A DNA stretch of 64,000 nucleotides from an uncultured Bacteroidota bacterium (GTDB lineage: Bacteria; Bacteroidota; Bacteroidia; Bacteroidales; GCA-2748055), in NCBI GenBank assembly GCA_963783435.1, contig CAWANQ010000002.1, positions 329,044-393,043 on the forward strand. Direction: 5' to 3'. Shown piece after piece: positions 10,984 to 20,781 of the stretch (the stretch's first letter is position 1; each line of letters opens with the position of its first letter). The position numbers and the translations under genes are program-made. A model generated the notes under the pieces. The model was not told where the DNA came from, ran no database searches, and saw nothing but the letters and a program-made list of their open reading frames with translations.

Positions 10984-11008
10984 TTGGGGCATGTCCAATT
11001 GCGCAGAT
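10984..11008. repeat. 25-bp direct repeat, copy 2
   Basis: Exact 25/25 identity with 10649-10673. This copy lies immediately upstream of the cytochrome gene. Confidence 0.9.
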
Positions 11009-11018
11009 GTGTTGACTT

Positions 11019-12893
11019 TTGATACATATAGTCATAAATTTATACATCCAACCTCACCTGAAAGCAAGCATGCCATGCATATGCTTACATAGGCCTGAAT
11101 GTATCAGATTTTCCCGAAATCCCTTCCGGATTTGTATTTTTTACTGTTTCATTCTTTTCAGCATCCTATCCTGCTCTCGCAAAATCCTCTCTGTTAAAGG
11201 AACCGTGAATGATCCCGATGGCAAAGCTGTGGCCGATGCAATTGTCAGGATCAGGACCGACAGCCTCCATGTTCTGTCCGATTCAGCCGGGAATTTTTTG
11301 CTTGATATAATGAAACCATCAAATGCAACAACAGTTACTGCCTGGAAAGAAGGATATTATATATCCGGAGCCAGGGTGGGGCGCAACCCGGAATACCTCG
11401 AAATTGTGCTGCACAAACATCAAAGCGGCGACAATAAGGATTACCAATGGCTTGAAGCAAAAAAGCAGGACAGGAATTTTCTTGGAAATACTTCAACCGC
11501 ATTCGGGCTATATATGGCCAACAATCCTCCTTTCAGATCCGTCTTTCAATCTCTGAACAAAACCCTGGAAACGGGTTGTATGGATTGTCATGGAAAAGGG
11601 ATGTACACAGAGTGGATCAGTGGGGCCCATTCCCTTGGCAACACGAACCCTCGCTTTATGTCCATGTATAACGGTACCGATCTCCTGGGCAACAAAAGTG
11701 CCGGAACACGATACCACTACTCCAGGGACTATGGGTCAGCAGCTCTCCCGGCACGACAAGACAGCACTTATTTTGGTCCGGGATACAAACTGGATTTCCC
11801 TTACTCGGCGGGTAATTGCGCGGCCTGCCATCTGCCTGCTGCAGCAATAAACAGGCCCTACGACACCGATCCAAATGAAGTTACCGGGAATAAACAGCCG
11901 GGGAAGCCATTGTGATTTCTGCCACAAAATCAGCGATATTCTCCTGGATCCGGTCACCCAGGTTCCCTTCAGAAACAGGCCTGGAGTGCTGTCTTATACA
12001 TTTGTAAGACCCTACAACAATAAACAGGTATTCTTTGGCCCCTACGATGATGTGGATGCCGGGGAGGATATCTGCCTTCCGCTCATGAAAGAGAGCAAAT
12101 ACTGTGCGGGCTGCCACGATGCCGGGTTCTGGGGTGTACCCATCTATGAATCATATTCGGAGTGGTATAACAGTTCTTACCGCGAGAAAGAAATAGACTG
12201 CCAGGATTGTCATATGAGTCCGGATGGTTTGACTTCAAATTTTGCGAAGCGGAGAGGGGGTCTTGACAGGGATCCAGAGTCCATTGCTAGCCACAGATTT
12301 GAAGGAGCTTTGGATCAAAACTTACTTCGAAATTCAGTCTCAATGGCAGTCACACACCTGTATGGCCGATTCAGGACTGAGCCTACAGGTGGATGTGGAT
12401 AATGACAAGACCGGGCATCATGTCCCCACCGATTCTCCTTTGCGAAATGTTATTCTTATCGTGAAAGCGGAAGACAATGTTTCAGGGGAACTGAGACTCC
12501 TTAATGGTCCGAGAATTCCGGAATGGGGTGGTATTGGGAACCCGGAGAAAGGATACTATGCGGGATTGCCTGGAAAAATCTATGCCAAGGTGCTGGAAGA
12601 GCTATGGACCGGGCTCTTCCCCTCAGGGGCCTACTGGATGCCCACACGGATCAGGAGCGATAACCGCATTGCTGCGAATAAATCCGACCAGTCCGAATTA
12701 CCTCTTTGACTTTCCCTCCGGCGATACCATCAGAATTCAGGTCCAACTTCTGTACCGCAGAGCTCCGAAAATGCTGATGGATCAGAAAAAGTGGAATACA
12801 CCCGATATCCTCATGAGCGAGTATAAAACCAAGCTTGTTTTAAAGAATAACAAACTGATCATTGCAAAAAACCTTATCAGACCGAAACCATGA
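11019..12893 (+). pseudogene. Multiheme c-type cytochrome lipoprotein split over four reading frames (three +1 frame changes)
   Basis: Four overlapping ORFs (11019, 11875, 12242, 12504) run in frames 0>1>2>0 and read as one protein. It has a lipobox (FSILSCS), a carboxypeptidase-regulatory-like N-domain and five CxxCH motifs (CMDCH, CAACH, CDFCH, CAGCH, CQDCH). It continues with GHHVPTDSPLRNVILIV...SDNRIAA...LLYRR. The first junction is at the GGGG run 11900-11903. Confidence 0.75.
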
Positions 12894-15424
12894 AAAGAAA
12901 AACCTGGTCGCTGTTAACAGCCAATTTCATTCTAATTATCCTGTCGGCAAGTCAGCTTATTTCTCAACCGGCATATAAGACGGGCACATGGGTAAAGACC
13001 GGGGGGCCTATCGGAGGACTGGGCTACGATGTCCGGCACAGCTTTACAAACCTTGATAAATGGTATGTAACCGATGCCTGGGGAGGGATTTTTCTCAGTG
13101 AAGACCGGGGACTGCACTGGCAGGAGATCAATGACGGGATCACAACCAGGAAAGGCGTCGATGGTATACCTGTATTCTGTGTGGCAGTGGATCCCCACAA
13201 CTCAGATGTTGTATGGGTTGGAACAGATCTTACCGGGAAGATATACAAATCGATCAATGGAGGAAAAACATGGACTGAGAAGAGCGTGGGCATTTCTGAT
13301 ACGCTTATTCCTTTAAGCTTCAGGGGAATCACTATTGATCCTGTGGATTCGGGCATCCTGTTTGCCATGGCTGAGATTGGCAGTCCGGCCTGGCATCCCA
13401 GCGGTGAACCTGTCATTGGAATTGAATTGGACCTTACCATGGGGATCGTCTATAAATCGACCGATGGAGGTGAGTATTGGAGAGAAGTCTGGCGCGGTAA
13501 CAATCTTGCCCGATACTGCCTGATCAATCCCCAAAATACCCAGGAGATGTATGTTTCCACCGGGATTTTTGACCGGGAGTCGGCCAACACAGATGTTGAA
13601 GCAGGATTCGCAGGGGGTGTGGGTATCCTGAAATCTGAGGATGGAGGAGAAACCTGGAGGGTTCTGAACGAAGACAACGGTTTGATGGACCTTTATGTGG
13701 GCAGCCTGTTTATGCATCCTGTTAACCCGGATACCCTGCTGGCCACGGCCAGTCAGAATAACTGGTCTGCCTATGGAGAGGAGTTCACCGGGGGCATATA
13801 CATGACCACAAACGGAGGAGAGCAGTGGCAGAAACTCAGCGATGAAGAAGAGCTTTTTACAGTGGCCGAGTATTGTATATGCGACCCGAATATTGCCTAT
13901 GTGGTCAGTGCCAACGCAGTATACCGGAGCGAGGATGCAGGATTTACATGGAAACGCTTCAACAGGCCGAATGACACCTGGGGTCCGCCGGGAGTGATTG
14001 CCGGCTTACCCATTGATATGCTTTGTGATCCGGAAGATCCCATGCGGATCATGGTGAACAATTACCTGGGAGGGAATTACCTGAGCCTTGACGGAGGAGA
14101 AAGCTGGCAGATTGCCAGTGACGGATATACGGGTTCCCTGATCAAGGCAATGACTGTGTCCAAAAGAGATCCTGCACTTGTATATTCAGGAAGCAGGAGC
14201 GGGGTGTTTTATTCAAAAAATGGAGGGAAGAACTGGTTTGGTATGGCGAATCCGCCGGAAGGACTACCTGCAAAGTTTAACGAAATCTCAACCATAGTCA
14301 GCAATCCCTTTAATGATCAGAGCCTGCGTGCAGTGGCCGTGGATTATCCGGGTGTCCTCTATTCATTTAACGGAGGAGTGAGCTGGGAAGCCACAGAAAA
14401 GCTCACAGGCTATGAAAAGATAAAGTATTTTCCTGCCGACAGCAGCATCCTATATGCATACGCCGGGAGTGGCAGCTTAATTACCATCCCTGAAAACATC
14501 CCCCCCGACCATGAACTGGACCCACTGTTCGGATTGTATCGTTCCCCGGATGGAGGAATTCACTGGGACCCAATTGAAAGTGACCAGGTGAAAGGCAAAT
14601 GTTTGGCAACTTTTGAGTTGGACCCACTGGATCGGGACATACTCTATGTTTCCATGTGCAATGGGACCATGCTGAAGAGCTATGACGGAGGGAATACATG
14701 GGAAGTCATCGGTGACGGATTGCCGCCAATTCCTGCCCTTACCATGAAGGCGAGTAAAGCAAACCCTCTCATCCTATATGCCGGACTGGGATACAAGATT
14801 CCCATGATGGGTCAGGGCCTCTATAAGAGCGTGGATGGGGGAAATACCTGGGCCAGACTCACTGCGGGCCTGGAACCTGAAGGTTTAATTCTGGACATTG
14901 CCATAGATCCTGAAAATGATTCTGTGATCTATATTGCTGATAATTACAACGGCGTATTTGTAACGGTCGATGGAGGGGCTACATGGCAAGAGCTGAATGA
15001 AGGGATTGACCACAGGGCAGCAACTGCATTGGATATATCGGCAGACGGGAGTGCTTTATACCTTGGAACAGAAGGAGGCGGGGTATACCGTCTGGGTGAA
15101 GTGTCGGCTGCTCCCACTCATATCTCCATAAATAAATACGGGAGTAATGATATATCCCTTTCTCCGGGCTTTCCCAATCCCTTTACAGAGACAACAACAC
15201 TAAATTTCTCAGTGTTAAACAGGACCGATATCCAGATTTCGATCTACAGTAGTACGGGACAATTAATCAAAACCCTTGTCAACCAATCTTACTACCCGGG
15301 GCACTATTCGGTTCAATGGAGCGGCACAAACAACTCTGGCAGCTATGTGCAGGATGGAATATATCTTATGAATATCAGCGCCGGGAATCAATCCCAATCT
15401 GTCAAAATCTCCTATTTGAAGTAG
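12890..15424 (+). CDS. Secreted Asp-box (BNR/sortilin-type) double beta-propeller protein with T9SS C-terminal sorting domain
   Basis: 844-aa ORF with a signal peptide. At least 12 S-x-D-G-G-x-T-W boxes are present (SINGGKTW, STDGGEYW, SEDGGETW, SLDGGESW, SVDGGNTW and others). The C-terminus (FPNPFTETTTLNFSV...GIYLMNISAGNQSQSVKISYLK) is a T9SS CTD. The ATG overlaps the upstream stop (ATGA at 12890-12893). Confidence 0.82.
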   Translation: MKRKTWSLLTANFILIILSASQLISQPAYKTGTWVKTGGPIGGLGYDVRHSFTNLDKWYVTDAWGGIFLSEDRGLHWQEINDGITTRKGVDGIPVFCVAVDPHNSDVVWVGTDLTGKIYKSINGGKTWTEKSVGISDTLIPLSFRGITIDPVDSGILFAMAEIGSPAWHPSGEPVIGIELDLTMGIVYKSTDGGEYWREVWRGNNLARYCLINPQNTQEMYVSTGIFDRESANTDVEAGFAGGVGILKSEDGGETWRVLNEDNGLMDLYVGSLFMHPVNPDTLLATASQNNWSAYGEEFTGGIYMTTNGGEQWQKLSDEEELFTVAEYCICDPNIAYVVSANAVYRSEDAGFTWKRFNRPNDTWGPPGVIAGLPIDMLCDPEDPMRIMVNNYLGGNYLSLDGGESWQIASDGYTGSLIKAMTVSKRDPALVYSGSRSGVFYSKNGGKNWFGMANPPEGLPAKFNEISTIVSNPFNDQSLRAVAVDYPGVLYSFNGGVSWEATEKLTGYEKIKYFPADSSILYAYAGSGSLITIPENIPPDHELDPLFGLYRSPDGGIHWDPIESDQVKGKCLATFELDPLDRDILYVSMCNGTMLKSYDGGNTWEVIGDGLPPIPALTMKASKANPLILYAGLGYKIPMMGQGLYKSVDGGNTWARLTAGLEPEGLILDIAIDPENDSVIYIADNYNGVFVTVDGGATWQELNEGIDHRAATALDISADGSALYLGTEGGGVYRLGEVSAAPTHISINKYGSNDISLSPGFPNPFTETTTLNFSVLNRTDIQISIYSSTGQLIKTLVNQSYYPGHYSVQWSGTNNSGSYVQDGIYLMNISAGNQSQSVKISYLK

Positions 15425-15524
15425 CTCAAAGACCCTGAGTTATCAACGATGCCTGTCAGTGGGTAATTGTCTTCGATTTTTTGACAAAAAAAGCGTACTT
15501 TGAATCTTTCAAAATTAAACGGAA

Positions 15525-16166
15525 GTGCGCTTAGCTATCCTGTCAGATATCCATGAGGACTATGAGAACCTGCTTAAAATTGTGGGGAAAGCTGAGGCCA
15601 GGGGCTTCGATAAACTCATTTGCCTGGGAGATATTTCAGGTTTCAGCCTGCCCTATTACAAGTATGGGAAATCGAGAAATGCATCAGCCTGTCTGGCGCT
15701 GCTCAGGGAGAAATGCGATATAATCATTGCGGGCAACCATGATTTACATGCTGCGGGTATAGATCCGGAACTTCCTGATATTTTAAAGGGCCAGGAAACC
15801 TGGCAGCACGAAGAGGATCTGGATCCTGGATACAGTGAAGAGGATATCAGCTTTCTGGCTACCTTGCCATTCTATGAAATCCTCACCACTCCTGCTGGCA
15901 ACATTCTCTTCAGTCACTATGTCTATCCCAATCTTTCAGGCTTTGTGAAAGGTTTTTACTACTCGGAAAAGGAGTTCCAGGAGCATTTTGCCTTCATGCA
16001 GGAGCGCGAATGCAACCTTTGTTTCACCGGGCATGCCCATCCCGGAGGATTCTACAGGGTTCATCCCCAGGGCTTCAAACAATATCGCCATCGGGGCATC
16101 AAAATTACCTCCTTCCCTACCCTGATTGGAATTCCCCACGTTAACCAGGCACGAACACCGAAGTAG
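15525..16166 (+). CDS. Calcineurin-like metallophosphoesterase
   Basis: 213-aa ORF with a GTG start. The motifs are LAILSDIHED, CLGDISG and AGNHDLH. Confidence 0.8.
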   Translation: MRLAILSDIHEDYENLLKIVGKAEARGFDKLICLGDISGFSLPYYKYGKSRNASACLALLREKCDIIIAGNHDLHAAGIDPELPDILKGQETWQHEEDLDPGYSEEDISFLATLPFYEILTTPAGNILFSHYVYPNLSGFVKGFYYSEKEFQEHFAFMQERECNLCFTGHAHPGGFYRVHPQGFKQYRHRGIKITSFPTLIGIPHVNQARTPK

Positions 16167-16172
16167 TTTTTG

Positions 16173-16180
16173 TATATTTG
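16173..16180 (+). promoter_or_regulatory. Candidate -7 box TATATTTG upstream of the Cache-DUF294 gene
   Basis: Exact TAnnTTTG match 48 nt before the ATG at 16228. Confidence 0.4.
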
Positions 16181-16227
16181 ATACCAACAGCCTCCGGCTG
16201 CAAGTGCTCAGATAAGACATTCCATCC

Positions 16228-18729
16228 ATGCCGCAGACCAACCAGAACCGCTACTTCATCTCCATTGTCGTGCTTTCCATTTTGACGGTGGGCCTTTTCA
16301 TTCTCTCTATTTTCATAGTTATTCTGCCCCGTTTTGAAAAGACCATTCTCACGGGAAAGAAGGAAATGATCTCAGAATTAACCCAATCGGTGTGCAGCCT
16401 TATTGAAGAATACCACCAGGAAGCTGAGACCTTCCAGATAAGCCTGGATTCTGCGCAGACAATGGCGCTGGAAAGAGTTCGGAAAATGCGCTATGGGGAT
16501 GAACTCAAAGACTATTTCTGGATCATCGATATGCATCCCAATATGATCATGCATCCCTATCGACCCGAGCTGGTGGGCTCAGATCTGAACGATTACAAGG
16601 ATCCGAATGGCAAATTGGTATTTGTGGAATCAGTAAATACGGTTACTGAACAGGGTGAAGGATTCATTGATTATATGTGGCAATGGAAAGACGACAGCAC
16701 CCGCATTGTTCCCAAACTGTCCTATGTGAAAGTCTTTGAACCCTGGGGCTGGATCGTGGGGACGGGAATATATCTGGAGGATGTCCGGATAGAAATAGGA
16801 CTGCTCAGGACCAGGCTGCTCAGAATGGCTTTGTGGATGTCCTTCATCCTGGGAATCATCCTGGCATTTATAACCAGGCAGAGTCTGGGCATAGAAAACC
16901 GGAGACGCAGCGCCGAAAAGGAGCTTCGGCAAAGCCGGGAAAAATACAAAACCCTGGTCCAGGCTTCCACCGAAGGAACCCTGATGATGGTGGATCAAAG
17001 CTTTGCCTTTTCAAACCTCAAATTCAGCAGGCTTTCGGGATACGACCCTACGGAGATAAGAGAGATGGATTTCGAGAGCCTTTTCGACCTGAAGTGGTCC
17101 ACCCTCGTGTCTTCCTTTAAGGACCCGAAAAAATCCATCTCCAGCGAAATCAGTCTGAAATGCAAGGACGGAAGCACCAAAGAAGTGGTCATTTCTGCTT
17201 CCAGGGTAAACCATGCAGAACAGACCACCTATATTCTGATCATTAAGGAGCTTAGTTCGCAAGTGCAATACCAGAGGGAGGGAAAGTTGCTCTCCAGGGA
17301 ATTGCAAAACTCACTGCAACTGATGAACCAGCCCCTGATATCACTGGCCCGGGACATACTGAGATGCCCGGCCAGCACCACAGTACGGGAGGCTGCCAGG
17401 ATCATGACCCGGAAAAAAAGGAATGTTCTTTTTATCTCTCAGGATAATGAAATCATCGGACTGATCACCAACAATGATTTAAACAGAAGGGTGCTGGCTG
17501 CCGGCCTTGATCCTGAAACCAGGGTGATTGAAATCATGACCTCTCCCATTGCCAAACTGCCTGAAAAAGCCCTGATCTACGAAGGCTTACTTCACATGAA
17601 GCGGGAACGCATATCCCACATTGCCCTGCCCGACAAAGATCGAAAAATCGCGCTGGTAGTGGGCTACGAAGAGATACTCCGGATGCAACAGAACCTGCTT
17701 GGCTTTATGATCAGCGAGATTGAAAGTGCCGAAGAGGTGAGTCAGATCACCCGCATCTACCAGCGCTTACCTGTTCTGATTCAAGCGCTTATCGAAAGTG
17801 GCAGCAATACATCGAACCTCACAGAGATCATCAGTTCCGTGGGAGATGCCATTCACAAACGCCTGATCGAAATTGCCCTGGAAGATCTGGGACCTGCTCC
17901 CAGGAACTTTGCCTTTATGGTCATGGGAAGCCAGGCCCGGGGTGAGCAAACCCTGGCCACGGACCAGGATAATGCCATAGTGATTGACAATGATCCCGGA
18001 AAGTTGAGTAAAGAGGATCAGGCTTTCTTTCTCGAATTGGGAAAAAAACTAAATAAGGACCTGAATACGGTGGGGTACAAATTCTGTCCGGGAGAGATCA
18101 TGGCCGGAAATCCAAAGTGGAACCAGGACCTCAACACCTGGCAGTCCTACTTCAGCAAATGGATCCAGAGCAGTGAACCGAAAGACATCCTGGACCTGGC
18201 CATATTCTTAGATTTCCGTGGTATATATGGGGATCTGAGCCTCATTGAAAAACTTCGCGATCATGTGAATCGTTCCGCTGAAGGTAAATCCATATTCTTC
18301 TACCACATGGCCCAACCGATTCTGAAAATGAAAGCCCTGCCCAATCTGCCGGGAAACCTGAAAGCAGCTTCACAATCAGATACCCAGGTGGATATCAAAA
18401 TGGCCCTGATACTGGTCACATCTTTCATCCGGCTGTATGCCATTCGCGAAAAACTGGTATCGAACAATAGTATGGAACGTGCCGAGGAATTGCACAAAAG
18501 GAGTGTAATTAGTGCCTCCACCCTGGAAGAATTAAGCGAAACTTTTGATTTTCTTACTTATCTAAGGATCAAAAATCAGGCATATAGTATATCCCGAAAT
18601 GAAGCTCCAGGGAACACATTCAGATTGGGCCAATTATCACATATCGAAGCCCTCACCCTGAAGAAAATCCACACAGATATTGCCAGCCTTCAAACCCTTC
18701 TGGGCAGCGTATACAGCAGAGCAGATTAA
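16228..18729 (+). CDS. Membrane sensor: extracytoplasmic Cache domain + PAS + CBS pair + DUF294-type nucleotidyltransferase
   Basis: 833-aa ORF. It starts with a TM helix followed by a Cache-like block (YFWIIDMHPNMIMHPYRPELVG...GEGFIDYMWQWKDD...WGWIVGTGIYLEDV). A second TM helix and a PAS-like region follow. Next comes a CBS pair (VREAARIMTRKKRNVLFI...GLITNNDL; ISHIALPD). The C-terminus is nucleotidyltransferase-like (FAFMVMGSQARGEQTLATDQDNAIV) with a helical tail. Confidence 0.72.
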   Translation: MPQTNQNRYFISIVVLSILTVGLFILSIFIVILPRFEKTILTGKKEMISELTQSVCSLIEEYHQEAETFQISLDSAQTMALERVRKMRYGDELKDYFWIIDMHPNMIMHPYRPELVGSDLNDYKDPNGKLVFVESVNTVTEQGEGFIDYMWQWKDDSTRIVPKLSYVKVFEPWGWIVGTGIYLEDVRIEIGLLRTRLLRMALWMSFILGIILAFITRQSLGIENRRRSAEKELRQSREKYKTLVQASTEGTLMMVDQSFAFSNLKFSRLSGYDPTEIREMDFESLFDLKWSTLVSSFKDPKKSISSEISLKCKDGSTKEVVISASRVNHAEQTTYILIIKELSSQVQYQREGKLLSRELQNSLQLMNQPLISLARDILRCPASTTVREAARIMTRKKRNVLFISQDNEIIGLITNNDLNRRVLAAGLDPETRVIEIMTSPIAKLPEKALIYEGLLHMKRERISHIALPDKDRKIALVVGYEEILRMQQNLLGFMISEIESAEEVSQITRIYQRLPVLIQALIESGSNTSNLTEIISSVGDAIHKRLIEIALEDLGPAPRNFAFMVMGSQARGEQTLATDQDNAIVIDNDPGKLSKEDQAFFLELGKKLNKDLNTVGYKFCPGEIMAGNPKWNQDLNTWQSYFSKWIQSSEPKDILDLAIFLDFRGIYGDLSLIEKLRDHVNRSAEGKSIFFYHMAQPILKMKALPNLPGNLKAASQSDTQVDIKMALILVTSFIRLYAIREKLVSNNSMERAEELHKRSVISASTLEELSETFDFLTYLRIKNQAYSISRNEAPGNTFRLGQLSHIEALTLKKIHTDIASLQTLLGSVYSRAD

Positions 18730-19631
18730 AGTGATAAGGAAAGGGAATCGGGCAAATTTGTTCTGCTTAGATCATCAATCAGGAAGCTTGGATTATACCC
18801 TGGATTGATGCATTGAACCGGCACCTTGGAATGGGCAATCACTTCGAGTGTAGTTGATCCTATTTTTGACCTGCGACTGTCATTCTCCAGTCTTGTCATC
18901 ATCAAGATCACTGCCGAATCAATCCTGTTGGAAAAAGCAAGGATCTCCTCGGGGACAGAATTATGTGCAAATAGAAGATGAGAATTGCATTTGATCTGAT
19001 GCGCTCTTAAAAATTGCCTTATTTCTTTTAGCCGGGCTCTATAATGGGGCTCAAAACTGGCCATCTCTTTTGCAATTACACTGATTAAAATAACTCCTGC
19101 ATGCAATAGTCGTGCAGTATCAATCGCGCATGCTACCATGTAATCAACGGGCTTGGATAAATCAAGAGAAACAACCAAATAATTATTTTCGGCAAATCTG
19201 TTTTCGCTTACTGTGATCACAGGCAATTGGGCATGTGTCAGAATATATTTTGTGTTTGAACCAATTTTTCTATTTTTTAAACCCCGGGAATTTGATCGAC
19301 CCATAATGATGAGTTGGGCATTGAGGTCTGAGGCCTTTTCAAGGATCTTTTGATCTACTTTCCCAGAAGTAATGATCAGTTCAAAAGCAGTGCTGTCCTC
19401 TGATTTCAAAACAGAATGGACCCTTTCAGATAGCTTATATTCAGCATCTCGTCGCATCTTTCGCTTGATCTCATTATTTGCCAGGCTGTTGGTCATTAAT
19501 CCGTATTCTTGCATTACATACATGCAAGAAATCATGTCCCTGGACTTAGCGGCAATTTTCCTGGCATAGTGCAATGCAGCATCAGAATGGGGACTAAAAT
19601 CTATAGGCACCAGGATTCTTCTTCTGGTCAT
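18726..19631 (-). CDS. Tandem universal stress protein (UspA family)
   Basis: The track ORF is 18726-19676 with a GTG start. I prefer the ATG at 19631 (MTRRRILVPIDFSPHSDAALHYA, a typical Usp N-terminus), because the 45-nt extension would overlap the predicted promoter at 19649-19677. There is a second Usp half (NYLVVSLDLSKP...). Confidence 0.75.
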   Translation of the reverse strand: MTRRRILVPIDFSPHSDAALHYARKIAAKSRDMISCMYVMQEYGLMTNSLANNEIKRKMRRDAEYKLSERVHSVLKSEDSTAFELIITSGKVDQKILEKASDLNAQLIIMGRSNSRGLKNRKIGSNTKYILTHAQLPVITVSENRFAENNYLVVSLDLSKPVDYMVACAIDTARLLHAGVILISVIAKEMASFEPHYRARLKEIRQFLRAHQIKCNSHLLFAHNSVPEEILAFSNRIDSAVILMMTRLENDSRRSKIGSTTLEVIAHSKVPVQCINPGYNPSFLIDDLSRTNLPDSLSLSL

Positions 19632-19648
19632 TGGGATAGAGTTTACAA

Positions 19649-19677
19649 TTGAGACTAGATACTTGTGAATGGTCACA
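19649..19677 (-). promoter_or_regulatory. Predicted ECF-sigma-type promoter, site a (TGTGACCATT-N11-AGTCTCAA)
   Basis: The reverse complement of 19649-19677 is TGTGACCATTCACAAGTATCTAGTCTCAA. The -10-like box ends 17 nt before the ATG at 19631. Confidence 0.65.
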
Positions 19678-19754
19678 TGCAGACTTCAGCAGACTCTTTA
19701 TCGTGATACAGAACGATATCGTATATTTATACCAACAATCAACAAAAATGGGCT

Positions 19755-20762
19755 TTGGAAAATTCAAAAACGCTTATCTCAGAGGACTTCCTTGATTCTT
19801 TAATGAAAAATGCACCTCTTGGAATCATATCTGTCAATGAAACAGGCATGATTTCCAAAGTGAATCGATTGGCTAAAGTTTTACTTCAGGTAAATCCAAT
19901 AAATAAAAAGCTAATTGGGCAGAGCTTATTGGATTGTGTCCTCCATATCCCATTGCTTCATGAGAAGCTTAGCCGATTTCTCGAAAATAACAGGAAATCA
20001 TTTAATACTGAATTAATCAATATAAATGACAGATACATTACTGTCAAGGGGGTCAGTATTAAGAGTGGATTCATATGTATTATTAATGATGTTACCAGGC
20101 TGAAGGAGATGGAGACTGGGTCTATCCAATCCATCATTGCTGGTCAGGAAAATGAGCGAAGGAGGATAGGCCGGGAAATACATGATGGCATAGGACCTTT
20201 ACTCTCATATTCCAAGCTTGAGTTAGATGCATTCCTGGACGAATACGTGGAACAGAATAAGGATATACCTGACGAGAAGCTGATGAATATTCGCAGTACA
20301 CTTGACACCATCACAAATGATCTTCGCAACCTCTCTCACCATTTGGTACCCCGACTCCTGGAAGAATTCGGATTATTTTCTGCATTTAATAGCCTGACCA
20401 CAAGGTTGAATAATTCAATGAAATCGAAGGTCGAATTCTACTGCAATTTTAATTCCCAGACAAGGTTTGATAAGGACCTGGAGCTTAATCTTTATCGCTG
20501 CGGACAAGAACTTGTGAATAACACAGTGAAACATGCCAAGGCATCAGAAATATTGGTTCAGGTCATTAAACATGAACATAGCATTGTACTTATGGTGGAG
20601 GATGATGGAGTTGGATTTGAACAGAATGCAAAAAATATGGATAATTATGGAATCGGATTAACAAATATCCAAACCAGGGTAAGGACATTAAACGGAGAGT
20701 TTATCATTGAATCACTTGAAAATAGGGGAACGACCGCAAGCATAGAGATTCCGCTTAAATAG
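19755..20762 (+). CDS. PAS sensor histidine kinase, NarL-partner type (HisKA_3 + HATPase)
   Basis: 335-aa ORF. The track start is TTG, and the true start may lie at a downstream Met. There is a PAS-like N-terminus, an H-box (QENERRRIGREIHDGIGPLL) and an ATPase region (VEDDGVGF...GIGLTNIQTRV). Confidence 0.85.
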   Translation: MENSKTLISEDFLDSLMKNAPLGIISVNETGMISKVNRLAKVLLQVNPINKKLIGQSLLDCVLHIPLLHEKLSRFLENNRKSFNTELININDRYITVKGVSIKSGFICIINDVTRLKEMETGSIQSIIAGQENERRRIGREIHDGIGPLLSYSKLELDAFLDEYVEQNKDIPDEKLMNIRSTLDTITNDLRNLSHHLVPRLLEEFGLFSAFNSLTTRLNNSMKSKVEFYCNFNSQTRFDKDLELNLYRCGQELVNNTVKHAKASEILVQVIKHEHSIVLMVEDDGVGFEQNAKNMDNYGIGLTNIQTRVRTLNGEFIIESLENRGTTASIEIPLK

Positions 20763-20781
20763 GGTTGAAAATACAGATATC

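Noticed and set aside
10649-11008. The 25-bp direct repeats as attL/attR of an integrated element.
   Set aside because: The enclosed 310 bp has no ORF or integrase and is far too small for an island. I kept it only as an unexplained repeat.
11875-12893. Programmed +1 ribosomal frameshifting as an explanation for the serial same-direction frame changes in the cytochrome, FGase and kinase genes.
   Set aside because: I see no shared slippery or stimulatory sequence at the junctions. The junction at 58656 is a single extra base relative to sibling repeats, and one junction sits in a plain G4 run. Indels (real or artefactual) are the simpler explanation.
19632-19676. The GTG-initiated 15-codon N-terminal extension of the USP ORF given in the track.
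   Set aside because: It would overlap the predicted promoter. The internal Met gives the canonical Usp N-terminus (MTRRRILVPIDFS).
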